Below are positions 50,621-64,000 of a DNA stretch of 64,000 nucleotides, one piece after another. The first letter of the stretch is position 1. Every line of letters begins with the position of its first letter. Source of the stretch: Mobula hypostoma (lineage: Eukaryota); contig NC_086108.1 of the NCBI RefSeq assembly GCF_963921235.1, forward strand, positions 22,320,001 through 22,384,000, written 5' to 3'. The notes below the pieces were generated by a model. It ran no database searches. It was not told the DNA's origin and saw only the letters and a list, made by a program, of their open reading frames with translations. The translations under genes were made by a program, and so were the position numbers.

Positions 50621-51979
50621 GGAGGGAGTGAGAGAAAAAGTAACTTGTTCTGTTGTTCCAGTGTACGTACATTGGATTAAGAGAGTTTGGTCTTATGCTC
50701 AAGTAGGGAGCTCCTAAACTGGGGACAGCCAGAATGCTGAAATCTGTTTGTGGGAAAGCAAGCCCGTGTACTTTGTTCCATTCCACTCATCTCCTGACTC
50801 CCAACTTTTAAGATTACAAGCCGAATATGGGGACTTTTGCTCACTACCTGAGCTTAATGGTTGTGCTTGAACTGCACGAACAAAATCTCATTGCACAGTT
50901 AAGGAATACAACAGATGGATGGTGCAAAAACAAAATAGACAAGGATATAAGGAAGAGAGATGAGGCTATGCAGTCTCTTCAGAAGTGTTATTCAATAAAA
51001 TGGTAGCTAATGTGATCTTAGCTCAACACTTTCCTGCCTGGTTCACCTAACCTTCGACAGTTGTGTTGTTCAAGCAACTTTTTATCTCATGCTTGAATAT
51101 ATTTAGAGATTTAGTTCTCTGGGTAGAAAATCCCAACGGTTAATGATTATCTGAGAAAAAGGTCCTTCTCATCCTTGTTTCACAGCCTGATAGCGAAACA
51201 CCAATGCTCTTAAATGGAAAATCCTCCAAAAAGTAGTTACGGCCCAGTCTATCATGAGTAAAGCCCTCCACTGTTGCTCACTGTTGCTACACAAAGTGTT
51301 ATCGCGAGAAAGCAGTATCCATCATCAGGGACCATCACCACCCAGGACAAGTTCTCATTGCATATAAATTCCCTGTCCTTGGAGCCTAAACCGATGTATT
51401 ATCAGAAAATCTAGTATCAGTCTGTTCTACAGCTAGAGAGATTCAGTGTACAAGTAATGCGGGGGATCATCAGGAGTACAAGAGGTTTCTCTTTTAATGT
51501 TAACCTTTTGAAACTGATCAGCAAACAAGATTTAAATCAGAACTGTGGCATTGGGACCAAGTCCAAGCCTTTGAAGTTTACAACAAAGTATTCTGTCATC
51601 CACGGTATCTGGAGATATTTATTTGGTGCAGTAATGTTACAACCACACCTCAACAGATCAGCAAAACAGTGTCAATGCATTTTTACATAGGAAGAAGAAT
51701 ATATGTCCAAAGTCCTTGAGCTAAAGTTATAACTGCTGCAGCAGGAATTGATTTTAAAACCAGAATTAAAAGAAAAAAAAACTGGAAAGAGAGAAAGAAT
51801 TTGTGTTTGTGGCAAAGCTAGTTTTTAGAAGGAAGTAGCAATGGTGAGCTGTGTACTTTCTGTGTGAGTGCCTTTCTATAAAACAGCTTGAAAGCCACCT
51901 TTCAGAGTTGAATGTCTGCTATTTTACTGAAAAGCAAAGCATCCAGATTCAGGAAACCTGAAATAAAACAGAACATGCT

Positions 51980-52570
51980 GGGTGTACTCAACTGGCCAGA
52001 TGGCATCTGCGCTTCCACATTGGTATGGAAACACCAATGCCCTTGAACGGAAAATTTTACAAGAAGTAGTAAATAGAGCCTGGTCCTTCACGGGTAAAGC
52101 TCTCCCCACCACTGTACATCTACACAGAGCGTCGTTGCATGAAAGCAGCATTCATCATCGGCGACCCCCACCACCCAGGTCATGTTGTCTTCTCACTGCT
52201 GCCATCAGGAAGAAGGTACAGGAGACTCAGGACTCAGCCACCAGGTGAAGGAACAATTATAAGGCTCTTGAACCAAAGGGGATAACTTCACTCAACTTTA
52301 CTTGCCCCATCATTGAAATGTTCTCACAACCTATGGACTTACTTCTAAGGACTGTTCATCTCATATTTTCAATATTTATTGCTTATTTATTTATTCTTTC
52401 TTTCTTTTTATATTTGCACCGTTTGTTACCTTTTGGTTGAACAGCCAAGTTGGTGCGGTCTGTCATTGATGCTTTTATGGTTATTATTCTATTATGAGTT
52501 TATTGAGTATGCCCACAAGAAAATGAACCTCAGGGTTGTATATGGTGACATATATGTACTTTGATAATAC
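51980..52570 (+). mobile_element. Rex1/Babar-type LINE 3' fragment
   Basis: WYGNTNALERKILQEVV; tail TCAGGGTTGTATATGGTGACATATATGTACTTTGATAA, with a reverse copy at 54285-54480. Confidence 0.75.
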
Positions 52571-52789
52571 ATTTTCAGTGAAGTGTGTCACTTGTGTCTT
52601 TGGCAAACACAGCCCAAGGACGTGCTAGGGGCAGCCTAAAAGTGTCACTATGTTTCCAGTGCCAACATGGCGTGTCCACAATTTGCTGACCCTAATCTGT
52701 GCATTTTTTGGAATGTAGGAAGAAACTGGAGTGCCCAGAAGAAAGCCACAGGGAGAGTGTACAAATTCCTTACAGACAGTGGCTAGAAT

Positions 52790-53075
52790 TGCCGGGTCTT
52801 CACTATTCCCTCTGACCTGCCCCTCTCTGAGGCAGAATGTTCTGCCCTCAGTAAGGCCTCACCTTTGTACCCTTGCACCCACAAAAAAGGCCTCCTCCTC
52901 CCCCCCTCCCCCAGCTTGCTCTAACTTGTCATCTTTTTTTCCGGTCCTGATGAAGGGTCTCGGCCCGAAACGTCGACTGTTTACTCTTTTCCATTGATGC
53001 TGCCTGGCCTGCTGAGTTCATCCAGCATTTTGTGTGTGAGGCTTGGAATCCCAGCATCTGCAGATCTTCTTGTTT
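52790..53075 (+). mobile_element. Internally deleted mini Penelope-like element
   Basis: 5' ORF remnant CRVFTIPSDLPLSEAECSALSK(G)LTFVP joined directly to the 3' tail with a hammerhead. Confidence 0.7.
52942..52979 (+). ncRNA. Minimal type I hammerhead ribozyme motif (Penelope-associated)
   Basis: CGGTC-CTGATGA-A-GGGTctcgGCCC-GAAA-CGTC-GACTG: intact core, stem I CGGTC/GACTG, stem II GGGT/GCCC, palindromic ACGT at stem III, GUC cleavage triplet. Confidence 0.75.
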
Positions 53076-55724
53076 TATTCGCACAATGTGGTTAGCCAGG
53101 AGGTCTCTGCCTGTTGCAAAATAGATCGTGTTGTTGGTTTAAGTATTAATATTGGCCAGTGCAGAGAGTAGCCTTGTTTCTCTTCACATTAGTGGTGCTG
53201 ATCATTTACAACACTATCCAGAATGCATGCTGTTGCTGTTTTTCTCATTCTTCCTGGAAACGGCTATTATGTGTCAATGTGAAGGCTTTTGCAAAAAGAA
53301 TTTGGTTCGGTATACTTCTGAGTTGTGAGATTAAGAACTTGACTCCCGCTGAGATTTGAACAAATAGTGAAGTATAATATAATGGAGATGGTACAGAGGT
53401 GGAGGTGGTATTTTTCAGATCAGAAATTGTACTGTCCATCAACTCCCACAAGAACCCGATAGATACTATAACAATTTGTCACAGGTAGATACTATACAAT
53501 TTTAGGAATTCTGGGTTTGTAAGTGGAGGCATAGAATACAAAAAAACTTTAGGAAGTTACAACCAGTTATGATCACAGTTGGGAAAAAAAGTGTGAAGAC
53601 AGTGGAGAGGGCTCAGTAAAGGTTTCCTTGAAATTTCCTAAGGAAGAGAGAATTCAGTTAAAACTTTATACTAGCGTAGAGGTTTATAAAAATGTGAGGT
53701 GCATAGACGGTCTTTTTCTCAGGGTTCGGACAGTCTAAAAGTAGGGTGAAAAGTGAAAGGCTGAAGGGGATCTGAGGAGCAAGTTTTCCACACAGAGGAT
53801 GTGAATGGAATGATCTATCATAGGAGGTAGTAGAAACAGCTACAGTTTGGGCAGGTGTAAGGATAGGAAGGGTTTTGAGGGCAAAACACAGGCAAGTGGG
53901 ACTAGTTTAATTAGCATGGCAAGTTGAGCTGAAGGGCCTGTTTTTGTGCTGTAGAACTTCGACAGTACAACTCCAAAAATATAGACCAGAGAATAGGAGG
54001 TTTTGGTTTATGAAGCAGAGAGGACTTAGAAGAAATTTATACTGGTGTGCAAATTTTTACCAATATTTCATTTTACATTATTGACATTAGCAGAGGAGTA
54101 AAACACCAGAGAACACATTTGAAATCAAGGCAAAATAATCCCTGGTTATTATGAATGTGAAGTTTAGTGTGAAGAAATGTGATGTCTTGTTTAGATAGAA
54201 AGCTAAAGCAAAATAATATAGAATAAAAGGTACCTCTTAAAAGAAGAACTGAAAAAAATGTAGGGACTTTGAAAGCTCAACGTAAATTTATTATCAAAGT
54301 ACATATATATCACCATATACAACCCTGAGATTCATTTTCTTGTGGGCATACTCAGTAAATCCAAGAAACATAGTAAAATCAATGAAGGACCGTACCAACA
54401 AGGCAGATAAACAACCAATGTCCAGAAGACAACAAACTAAAGAAGATAATAATAAATAAGCAATAATTATTGAACTGTCCATAAATCAGTTTCTCAGTAA
54501 GTCAGAAACATGCACCTTCTATTTCTCCCTATATCGTATCATTTTACATTTGCGAACTATCATTTTTTTTTAGTTCCAATGAACCTTAGCTATTCATAAT
54601 TAATGTAATGAAATGTCTGCTGTATCCAGTCATAAATGAAAACCTTGAAACATGTTCGTTCATTCATAATCTGGATTCCCCTTATATATTTATTTTTGTT
54701 AACAGTTTAATCTGCTCATTTTGTTCAACTTTATTTTGTTGTTGTGGGTCGAAGGAGAAATTCAGTTCTCTATGACTCCATTTCTCTGCAGGCTATTAAC
54801 AGCCTTTAGATTTTAATGAATTTGTGTTTGTTCCCATGCTCTCTGTCAAAAGAAAGGTAATTTCTGAGCACTTCCTATGTCTTTCAGTAGTAATGTCTCC
54901 TTGAAGTCAGTTACAACCATATCATTCCCTAGGGGGAAAAGATTCCCCCAAGTCTCTTGCCGTAGCACCTTCAGACTCCAAAATATCAAATGCTTGGCCT
55001 TCCAGTCCTCATAGCACTTTTGGCGCTACCAAATTGTTTGATGATACACTTCAGACTGTCTTTGATGTTCATGGCTCCAGTAAAACTTTTCTTAATTTGG
55101 TCATTCTTCCTTCAGTTCAAGGAATATAGATTTGAATGATGGTGCCAAGAAGCTTGTTGGATTACAGAAATCTACCCCAGTTCTCCCCTATTTCCTCTGT
55201 CTCTGTTTCTAAGCCATAGAAAGACTTTGAGGACATATTCATAATTGAAATTGAAACCACATGTTCAGTTGTCTCTTTTGCTCAACTCCCTGATCTTGTA
55301 TACAAAGCCAAGTGTGGCCAAAGGTTCTTATTGCTCTCATCTGACTATAGCTTTGAGTTATCTCTTATCTGCCTTCATGCCCTCAACTGATTGTCCTTCC
55401 TTGTTAGGTTAATTTTCTGCTCTCTCAACCAACTTGTCATTAAATGTCTTTCTGTTACCATCACCAACCTCACTTCTACCCAATAAAACACCCTTTATTT
55501 CAGATGTTATTCACTCAACTCAAGTACGTGGTCCTTATTCCTGCAAACCTTTGTCACGTTACCCATTCATGTTTTTTCTCATTGGCAAAGAAATGGGCTG
55601 TTCAGCCCACTGAATTCCAACTGACCATCAGCTACCTATTTATCTGAAATTTATGTTAATCACATTTTCTATTCTCCCCACATTCTCCTCGAGCCCGCTC
55701 GGATTCTTGTTCTCACCAACCCAC

Positions 55725-57640
55725 ATGGAGTCACAGAATACTACAGCACAGAAGTAAGCCCTCCAGTCCACCTAGAGTGTGCCGAACTATTTGTCTGCCT
55801 AGTCCTGTTGTCCTGCACACGGTCCATAGCCCTCTCATCCATCTACTTATCCAAATTTGTCTTAACTGTTGAAATTGACCCCACATCCACCACTTCCTCT
55901 GGCAGCTGGTTCCACACTCTCACCACCTTCTAAGTAAAGAAGTTCCCTCTCATGTTTCCTTAAAACATTTCACCTTTTACCTTTAACCCATGACTTCTTG
56001 TTGTAGTCCCATCCAACTGCAGTGGAAAAAGCCCGGTCGTATTTATCTTATCTATACCCCTCATCATTTTGTATATGTTTTTCAAATCTCCCCTCAATCA
56101 GAATCAGAATCAGGTTTATTATCACCGGCTTGTGTTGTGAAATTTGTTAACTTAGCAGCAGCAGTTCAATGCAATATATAATATAGAAGAAGAAGAAGAA
56201 GAAAAAAATAAATTTATTACAGTATACATTGAATAGATTAAAAGTCATAAAAAGCAGAAAGAATATGTATTTTAAAAAAGTGAGGTAGTGTTCACTGGTT
56301 CAATGTTCATTTAGGAATCGGATGGCAGAGGGAAAGAAGTTGTTCCTGAATCGCTGAGTGTGTGCTTTCAGGCTTCTGTACCTCCTACCTGATGATAACA
56401 GTGAGAAAAGGGTATGCCCTGGGTGCTGGGAGACCTTAATAATGGACGCTGCCTTCCTGAGACATCTCTACTTGAAGATGTCCTGGGTACTTTGTAGGCT
56501 AGTACCCAAGACGGAGCCGAATAAGTTTACAACTCTCTGTAGCTTTCAGTCCTGTGCAGTAGCCCACCCCCCCCCCCCCCAATTCCAGACAGTGATGCAG
56601 CCTGTCCAAATGCTCTCCACGGTACAGTACATCTATAGAAGTTTTTGAGTGTACTTGTTGACATGCCAAATCTCTTCAAATTCCTAACGAAGTATAGATG
56701 CTGTCTTGCCTTCTTTATAACCGCATTGATATGTTGGGACCAGGTTAGGTCCTCAGAGACCTTGACACCCAGGAACTTGAAACTGCTCACTCTCTCCAAT
56801 TCTGATCCCTTTATGAGGATTGGTTCATGTTCCTTCATCTTACCCTTCCTGAAGTCCATAATCAGCTCTTTTGTCTTACTGACGTTGAGTGCCAGGTTGT
56901 TACTGTGGCACCACTCCACTAGTTGGCATATCTCACTCCTCTATGCCCTCTCATCACCACCTGAGATTCAACCAACAATGGTTGTACCATCCCCAAATTT
57001 ATAGATGGTATTTGAGCTATGCTTAGCCACACAGTTATGGGTATATAGAGACTAGAGCAGTGGGCTAAGCACACACCACTGAGGTGCACCAGTGTTGGTC
57101 ATCAGTGAGGAGGAGATATTATCACCAGTCTGCACAGATTGTGGTCTTCCCGTTTGGAAGTCGAGGATCCAATTGCAGAGGGAGGTACAGGGGTCCAAGT
57201 TCTTCAAACTCTCAATCAGGATTGTGGGTTAGCTGGTGTTAAATGCTGAGCTATAGTTGATGAGCAGCTTCCTGACATAGCTGTTTGTATTGTCCAGGTG
57301 ATCTAAGGCTGTGTGAAGAGCCTTTGAGATTACATCTGCCATTGACCTATTGTGGCAATAGGCAAATTGCATTGGGTCCAGGTTCTGTGTTCTATGTTCC
57401 AATGAATAAAGTCCAAACTTGTTCAACCTTCTGCTATAACTCAGGTCATCAAGTCCTGGCAACATACTTGTAAATTTTCTGTGCACTCCTTCAATCTTAC
57501 ATTTCTCCTGTAGGTCAGTGACCAAAACTGCACACAATACTCCAGATTAGGCCTCATCAGTGTCTTATACAATTTCAACATAACATCCCAACTCCTGACT
57601 TCAATACTTTGATTTATGAAGGCCAATATGCCAGTAGCTT
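55725..57640 (-). mobile_element. CR1 3' fragment interrupted by a Rex1/Babar LINE
   Basis: [14 protein letters not shown] at 57441-57626; CR1 3' UTR at 55725-56095. Confidence 0.75.
56096..57385 (-). mobile_element. Rex1/Babar-type LINE, 5'-truncated
   Basis: (AGAATC)n tail; [37 protein letters not shown]. Confidence 0.9.
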
Positions 57641-58214
57641 TCCGAAATTGAAATGAACCTGCATAGTAAATGATATTTTAAAAAACATCTAAAGAACAGA
57701 AAATGATGTTCATACAAAGTGAATTGTGCCTTGAGAGACAGAACACTCCCTACCTGACATCCATCAGATGTCAAACATAACTAGTGAAACTAAGTCAAGT
57801 TATCATTTCGTTACGTCTTTGGCAAAAAAAAGGAGGACAGTCTTAGAGACATGTCTTGAAATAGTTTTACTGCACAGTCTTTAACCATTCTTGCTTCAAA
57901 AATGTCAGCCTTGATGATATACTTGCTCGTGCTAATGTCTGATAAGCAAAGTGGTGACACAGTGCTCACCCAGACTGACGATTGGGTGAGTTGCTTCTGA
58001 AGTGAGTTTGCTCTCTTAATACATCCTCCAACTCGCAGTAGTTCATCAGAGTCAAGAAAGGGACAGAGTTTAGTAGGGTAATGTTAGATTGTGAGAAGCT
58101 CCTGCTTGGTGCTGCAATGCACTTCCTCTGCATATACCTGCCTTTGAACAATGAGGATTCTAACTTCTGCCTGATTCAGTCGCTCCGCTCTGAGAGGTTG
58201 CTTACCTCCTTGTT

Positions 58215-58555
58215 GTTTCGGTCCCTGAATGTTGGTTAGAGAGGAATTGTTGGGGCAGGTGCAACACTTGTCACACTTGCAGGAATTGATTTAACAAGCA
58301 AGTCACACAGAGAGCGATCCCTACGGAAAGGAGAACGGGAGAGGAGAGGTAAGATGTGATCGGATCTTATTAGACATGGCAAAAGTTACAGAGAAAAATG
58401 TGCTCAATACAAAGGCTCATGGGGTCGTAGGTATGGGCAAGGGGAACACTGTTATGTTGGTGGGTGATTGTGTAAGGGCAGATGTGGGAAATGAAAGATA
58501 TGCGGACAAGGGCTGTGCTGAGGGCAGAAACCCCTATTCTTTCAAAAAGAGGAGA
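58215..58555 (-). mobile_element. Old Penelope-like fragment
   Basis: Similar to 12110-12360 (GGTCCCTGAATG, GCAGGTGCAACACTTG, GATCCCTACGGAAAG). Confidence 0.55.
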
Positions 58556-59000
58556 TTTTAGATAGAGCATGGAACATAGCACAGTACAGGCCCTTCCGCC
58601 CATAATTTTGTGATGAAATTTGGACCTATTCTGAGATCCATTGTACCTTTCCCTCAGTCCTAGCCCTCCATTTTTCTTTCATCCATGTGCCTTTCTCAAA
58701 GTCTTTTAAATGTCCCTAATGTATCTCCCTTTACCACCAGCCCTGCAGCGCATTTCACCCACCACCACTCTTCATGTAAAAAGAAAAGCTACTTCTGACA
58801 TCCCCTCTCCCTTATATATTTCTATAATCACTTTAAAATTATGCCTCTCTCGGATTAGCCATTTCTTCCCTGGGAAAAGTCTCTGGCTATCCACTCGATC
58901 TATGCCTCATATCATCTTGTATACCTCTATCAAGTTAACTCTCATCCTGCTCCACTCCAAAGAGAAAAGCCATAGCTCACTCAGTCTGCCCTCGTAAGAT

Positions 59001-60438
59001 ATAGTCATAGTCATATTTTATTAATCCCGGGGGAAATTGGTTTTCGTTACAGTTGCTCCATAAATAATAAATAGTAGTAGAACCTTAAATAGTTAAATAG
59101 TAATATGTAAATTATGCCAGTAAATTATGAAATAAGTCCAGGACCAGCCTATTGGCTCAGGATGTCTGACCCTCCAAGGGAGGAGTTGTAAAGTTTGATG
59201 GCCACAGGCAGGAATGACTTCCTATGATGCTCAGTGCTGCATCTCGGTGGAATGAGTCTCTGGCTGAATGTACTCCTGTGCCCACCCAGTACATTATGTA
59301 GTGGATGGGAGACATTGACCAAGATGACATGCAACTTAAACAGCATCTTCTTTTCAGACACTACCGTGAGAGAGTCCAGTTCCATCCCCACAGCGTCACT
59401 GGCCTTACGAATGAGTTTGTTGATTTTGTTGGTGTCTGCTGCCCCAGCACACAACAGCAAACATGATAGCACTGGCCACCACAGACTCGAAGAACATCCT
59501 TAGCATCGTCTGGCAGATGATAAAGGACCTCAGTCTCCTCAGGAAATAGAGACAGCTCTGGCCCTTCTTGTAGACAGCCTCAGGGTTCTTTGACCAGTCC
59601 AGTTTATTGTCAGTTCGTATCCCCAGGTATTTGTAATCCTCCACCATGTCCACACTGACCCCCTGGATGGAAACAGGGGTCACCAGTACCTTGGCTCTCC
59701 TCAGGTCTACCACCAGCTCCTTAGTCTTTTTCACAGTAAGCTGCAGATAATTCTGCTCACACCATGTGACAAAGTTTCCTACCATAGCCCTGTACTCAGC
59801 CTCATCTCCCTTGCTGATGCATCCAACTATGGCAGAGTCATCAGAAAACTTCTGAAGATGACAAGACTCTGTGCAGTAGTTGAAGTCCGAAGTGTAAATG
59901 GTGAAGAGAAAGGGAGACCAGACAGTCCCCTGTGGAGCCCCCGTGCTGCTGATCCCTCTGTCGGACACACAGTGTTGCAAGCACGCGTACTGTGGTCTGC
60001 CAGTCAGGTAATCAAGAATCCATGGTACCAGGGAAGCATCCACCTGCATCGCTGTCAGCTTCTCCCCCAGCAGAGCAGGGCGGATGGTGTTGAACGCACT
60101 GGAGAAGTCAAAAAATATGACCCTCAGTGCTCGCTGGCTTGTCCAGGTGGGCGTAGACACGGTTCAGCAGGAAGACGATGGCATCCTCAACTCCTAGTCG
60201 GGACTGGTAGGTGAACTGGAGAGGATCTAAGTGTGGCCTGACCATAGGCCGGAGCAGCTCCAGAACAAGTCTCTCCAGGGTCTTCATGATGTGGGAGGTC
60301 AATGCCACTGGTCTGTAGTCATTGAGGCCACTGGGGCACGGCGTCTTCGGCACAGGGACGAGGCAGGACATCTTCCACAGTACAGGAACCCTCCGGAGCC
60401 TTAGGCTCAGGTTGAATACATGGTGAATTACTCCACAT
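59001..60438 (-). mobile_element. Rex1 LINE, 5'-truncated, relatively intact RT
   Basis: FFDFSSAFNTI, GAPQGTV, QKFSDDSAIVG, YKYLG; (ATAGTC)n tail. Confidence 0.9.
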
Positions 60439-60825
60439 ATGCTGTGTAGTCCAGGCAGCATCCTGGTCAATTCCCTTTGCACCCTCTCTGAAGCTTCCAA
60501 ATCTCCTTCCTATAATAAGATAACCAGAACTAAACACAATATTCCAAGTGTGGTCAAACTACAGTTTGATAGAGCTGCAACATTAGCTGGCAGCTATTGA
60601 ATTCAGTGTCCCAACTCATGAAGGCTAACATACCGTGTGCCTTCTTAACCACCCTATCAACTTGTGCAGTAACTTTGAGAGATCTATGGACATGGACCCC
60701 AAGATCCCTCTCTTCATCCAAACTGCTAAGAATTCTCCCAATAATGAGCTACTCTGCCTTCAAGTTCAAACTTTTCAAAGTGTATCACCTCACACTTCTC
60801 CAGATTGAACTCCATCTACCACTTC

Positions 60826-61860
60826 TCAGAATCAGAATCAGGTTTAGCGTCACTAGCATATGTCGTGAAATTTGTAGTTTTGCAACAGCAATGCATTGCA
60901 ATACACAATAAAAGTGAAAATGAAATTAGCTCTGGTGCCGCCTCCTTGATGGTAGCAATGGGAAAAGCCCATGTCCTGGATGATATAAGTCGTTAATGAT
61001 GGGTGCCCCCCTTTTGAGGTATCACCGCCTTGAAGGTGTCCATGATGTTGGTGCAAGTGCCCATGGTGGAGCTAGTTGAGTTTACAACTTTCTGCAGTGG
61101 CCCCTCCATACCAGACATTGATACAACCAGTTAGAATGCTCTCCACGCTACATCTGCAGAAATTTGCAAGTGTCTTCAGAGATTAAGGGAGCTAGGGCTT
61201 TACTGTTTGGAGAGAAGGAGGATGAGAGGAGACATGATAGAGGTGTACAAGATAATAAGAGGAATAGATAGAGTGGATAGCCAGCGCCTCTTCCCCAGGG
61301 CACCACTGCTCAATACAAGAGGACATGGCTTTAAGGTAAGGGGTGGGAAGTTGACGGGGGATATTAGAGGAAGGGTTTTTACTCAGAGAGTGGTTGGTGC
61401 GTGGAATGCACTGCCTGAGTCAGTGGTAGAGGCAGATACACTAGTGAAGTTTAAGAGACTACTAGACAGGTATTTGGAGGAATCTAAGGTGGGGGCTTAT
61501 ATGGGAGGCAGGGTTTGAGGGTCGGCACAACATTGTGGGCCGAAGGGCCTGTACTGTGCTGTACTATTCTATGTTCTATGTATCTATTCCCCTCAAACTC
61601 CTAATGAAATATAGCAGCTGTCATGCCTTCTTTGTAGTTGCATCAATATGTTCAGCTCACGATAGATCCTCAGACATGTTGACACCTAGGAACTTGAAAC
61701 TGCTCACCCTTTCCACTTCTGATCTCTCGATTAGCACTTGTATGTGTTCCCTCAGATTCCCCTTCCTGAAGTCTACAATCAATTCCTTTGCCTTACTGAC
61801 GTTGAGTGCAATGTTATTGTTGTGACACCACTCAACCAGCTGATCTATCCTGCTACTGCA
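60826..61860 (-). mobile_element. Rex1/Babar fragment split by a young CR1 tail
   Basis: (AGAATC)n tail at 60826; WCHNNNIALNVSKAKEL at 61657-61866. Confidence 0.75.
61176..61580 (+). mobile_element. Young CR1 3' end, same subfamily as 771-4210
   Basis: Near-exact reverse complement of 771-1180; ends TTCTATGTTCTATG. Confidence 0.9.
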
Positions 61861-63660
61861 CACCACCTGAAGCTCTGCTCAGCTCTGCATCCTGTGAATG
61901 CTGATATATTCTACAACAACCTTCTACACTATCCACAGCACCGCCAATCTTTGTGTTATTACAAACTTACTAAGCGACTTTTTCATCCAAATCATTTATA
62001 AAAAACAGTGTAGAGGTCTCAGCACATATCACCGTGGAACATCATTGGTCACTGATCTCCAGGCAAGATATGCTCTGCCTTTTGTGGGCAAGCCAATTCT
62101 GAATCCATGCAGCCACGTTTCCCTGGATCCCATGCCTCCTAACTTTCTGAAAAAACCTATTCTAGGAAACCTTGTTACTTGCTTTACTAAATCCATATAC
62201 ACGACATCCACTGCTCTATCTGAATCAATTTGTTTGATGACTTCTCAAAGAACTCAGGCTCATGAGGAACAACCTACCCCTCAAAAAGCCATGCTGACGA
62301 TTCCTAATTAAGTTATGCTTCTCCAAATGCTCATAAATCCTGTCTTCGAAAATTCTCTCCAATAGTTTGCCCACTACTCACTGGTCTATAATTCCCAGGA
62401 TTATCCCTAAAACCTTACTTGAAGAAAAGAATAACATTTTCCATCATCAATCTTTTGGTAATACTCATATGGCCACCAAGGATACAAAGATTATCACCAT
62501 TGTTACAGCAATCTGTTCACTTGCTTCCCATAGTAACCTTTTGGTATATCACGTCCAACCGTGGGACTTGTATATTGTAATGATTTTCAGAGTTTCAGCA
62601 TATCCTCTTTTTTTCACATCAAAGTGTTCCATAAATCATTCTGTTTTATGATTTTATCACATTTAACAAGTTTCTCTCACTGGTGAATACTGAAGCAAAT
62701 GTCATTAAAGACCTCCTCTAACTTAAGGCACATTTCCTCTTTTATCCCTGATTGGTCCTACACTCACTCTAGTCATCCTTGTACTCTTCACGACTTGTGG
62801 AACACCTTAAGGTTTTCCTTAATCCTACTTGCCTTCTCATGTCCCTTGAAGCTCTCCCTAAGTCCTCTCTTAAGCTCCTTCCTGGCTACTTTGTAATTCT
62901 CAAGAACCTTGTCTGATCCTTGCTTCTTAAACTTTATGTAAGATTCTTTCTTCCTCTTGACGAGATGTTCCATCTTTCTTGTCAACCATGGTTCCTTCTC
63001 CCTGCCATCCTTTCCCTGCCTCAATGAATCAAACCTTTGCAGAACTCCATGCAAGTGCTTCCTAAGCATATTTCCTTTGTATATTTCCCTGAGTATATCT
63101 GTTCTCAATTTATGCTCCCAAATTCATTATAATTCCCTCTATTCCAATTAAATACTTTACCATACCATCTGCTCCTGACCCTTCCCAAGTCTATGGTAAA
63201 GATCAAGAAGTTGTGATTACTATCTCTGAAATGCTCACCCATCAAGAGATCTATTAATTGACCAGGTTCATTGCTTAGTACCAGATCCAGTATAGCTCTG
63301 CATTAATCGGTCTGTCTGCATATTGTATAAGGAATCCTTTCTGGGCACACCAAACAAATTCTGTCCCATCTAAACCTTTTGCATCAAGTAGGTGCCAATC
63401 AATACCAGGGAACGTGAAGTCACTGAATACAACAACCCTGTAATTTTTTTGCACCTTTCCAAAAATTTGCCTCCTGATCTGTTCCTCAGTGACGCTGTTT
63501 CTGTTGAGGTATCTATAGATACTCCCAGTAGAGTGATTACACCTTTCCTGTTCCTGACTTTCACCCACATTGGATCAGTAGACAGCCCTTTCATAATGTC
63601 CTCCCTTCCTGCAGTTGTGATACCACCCCCTGGTAATCAATGCTGCCTCCCCAGATCTTT

Positions 63661-64000
63661 TAAGACCATAAGACAGTGGGGCAGAAATAGGCCATTCAGC
63701 AATTGATTCTGTTCTGACATTTGATCGTAGCTGATCCATTTCCCGCTCAACTATAATCTTCTGCCTTCTCCCCCTACCTTTCACGCCCTGAATAATCAGG
63801 AACCTATCAATCTCTGTGGTAAATAATCACAATGACCTGGCCACAGCTGCCTAAGGCAACAAATTCCACGGATTCACGGCCCTCTGGATAAAGAAATTCC
63901 TCTTCATCTCCATTCTGAATGGATGTTCCCCCATTCCGAAGTTTGCCCTCTGGTCCTGGATGCCCCCACTAATGGAAACACCCTCTCCACATCCACTCTA
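63661..64000 (-). mobile_element. CR1 3' end running off the window
   Basis: TAAGACCATAAGAC tail; similar to 26320-26660. Confidence 0.8.

Larger units (their letters stand above)
58560..63660 (-). mobile_element. Old CR1 LINE host with nested Rex1 and CR1 insertions
   Basis: CR1 segments 58560-59000, 60439-60826 and 61875-63660 are colinear with 771-3430. Confidence 0.8.

Noticed and set aside
50130..50786. 218-aa minus-strand ORF over the CpG island
   Set aside because: Typical GC-rich stop-poor frame, no known motif, non-ATG start.
54792..54856. Possible exon 2 of the downstream gene (tctgcAG...AAG|GTAATT)
   Set aside because: Immediate stop in the frame from ATG 50448 and no recognisable protein; could only be UTR and cannot be supported.
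57966..58207. Minus-strand ORF with two donor-like sites next to a Penelope remnant
   Set aside because: No matching acceptor, no recognisable product; origin unresolved.
1..64000. CRISPR array, operons or other prokaryotic systems
   Set aside because: No regularly spaced repeat-spacer array or dense coding; the content is spliceosomal exons and vertebrate TEs.

Overview
Eukaryotic, repeat-dense vertebrate DNA. The repeat families (CR1 LINEs, Rex1/Babar LINEs, HE1-like V-SINEs, Penelope-like elements) point to a cartilaginous fish, probably a ray (inference). One host gene is clear, on the + strand: a torsin-1A-interacting protein (LAP1/TOR1AIP1 or LULL1/TOR1AIP2 family). Its large last coding exon (33379-34157) encodes the transmembrane helix and luminal torsin-activator domain. 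Upstream lies a string of small phase-1 exons, four of which are duplicated 90-nt exons encoding a 30-aa repeat. A decayed IR/DR Tc1 transposon sits just after the stop codon. A CpG island with ETS/CRE motifs and a candidate first exon at about 50.2-50.6 kb marks a second gene, possibly CEP350 by synteny (unverified). Most of the remainder is transposon debris, often nested: CR1, Rex1/Babar, Penelope-like pieces (one with an intact minimal hammerhead ribozyme), SINEs, solo LTRs, and Harbinger, hAT and Tc1 MITEs. Most ORFs in the supplied track are TE fragments or antisense noise. TE boundaries are approximate unless TSDs or TIRs are quoted. No prokaryotic features or CRISPR arrays were seen.
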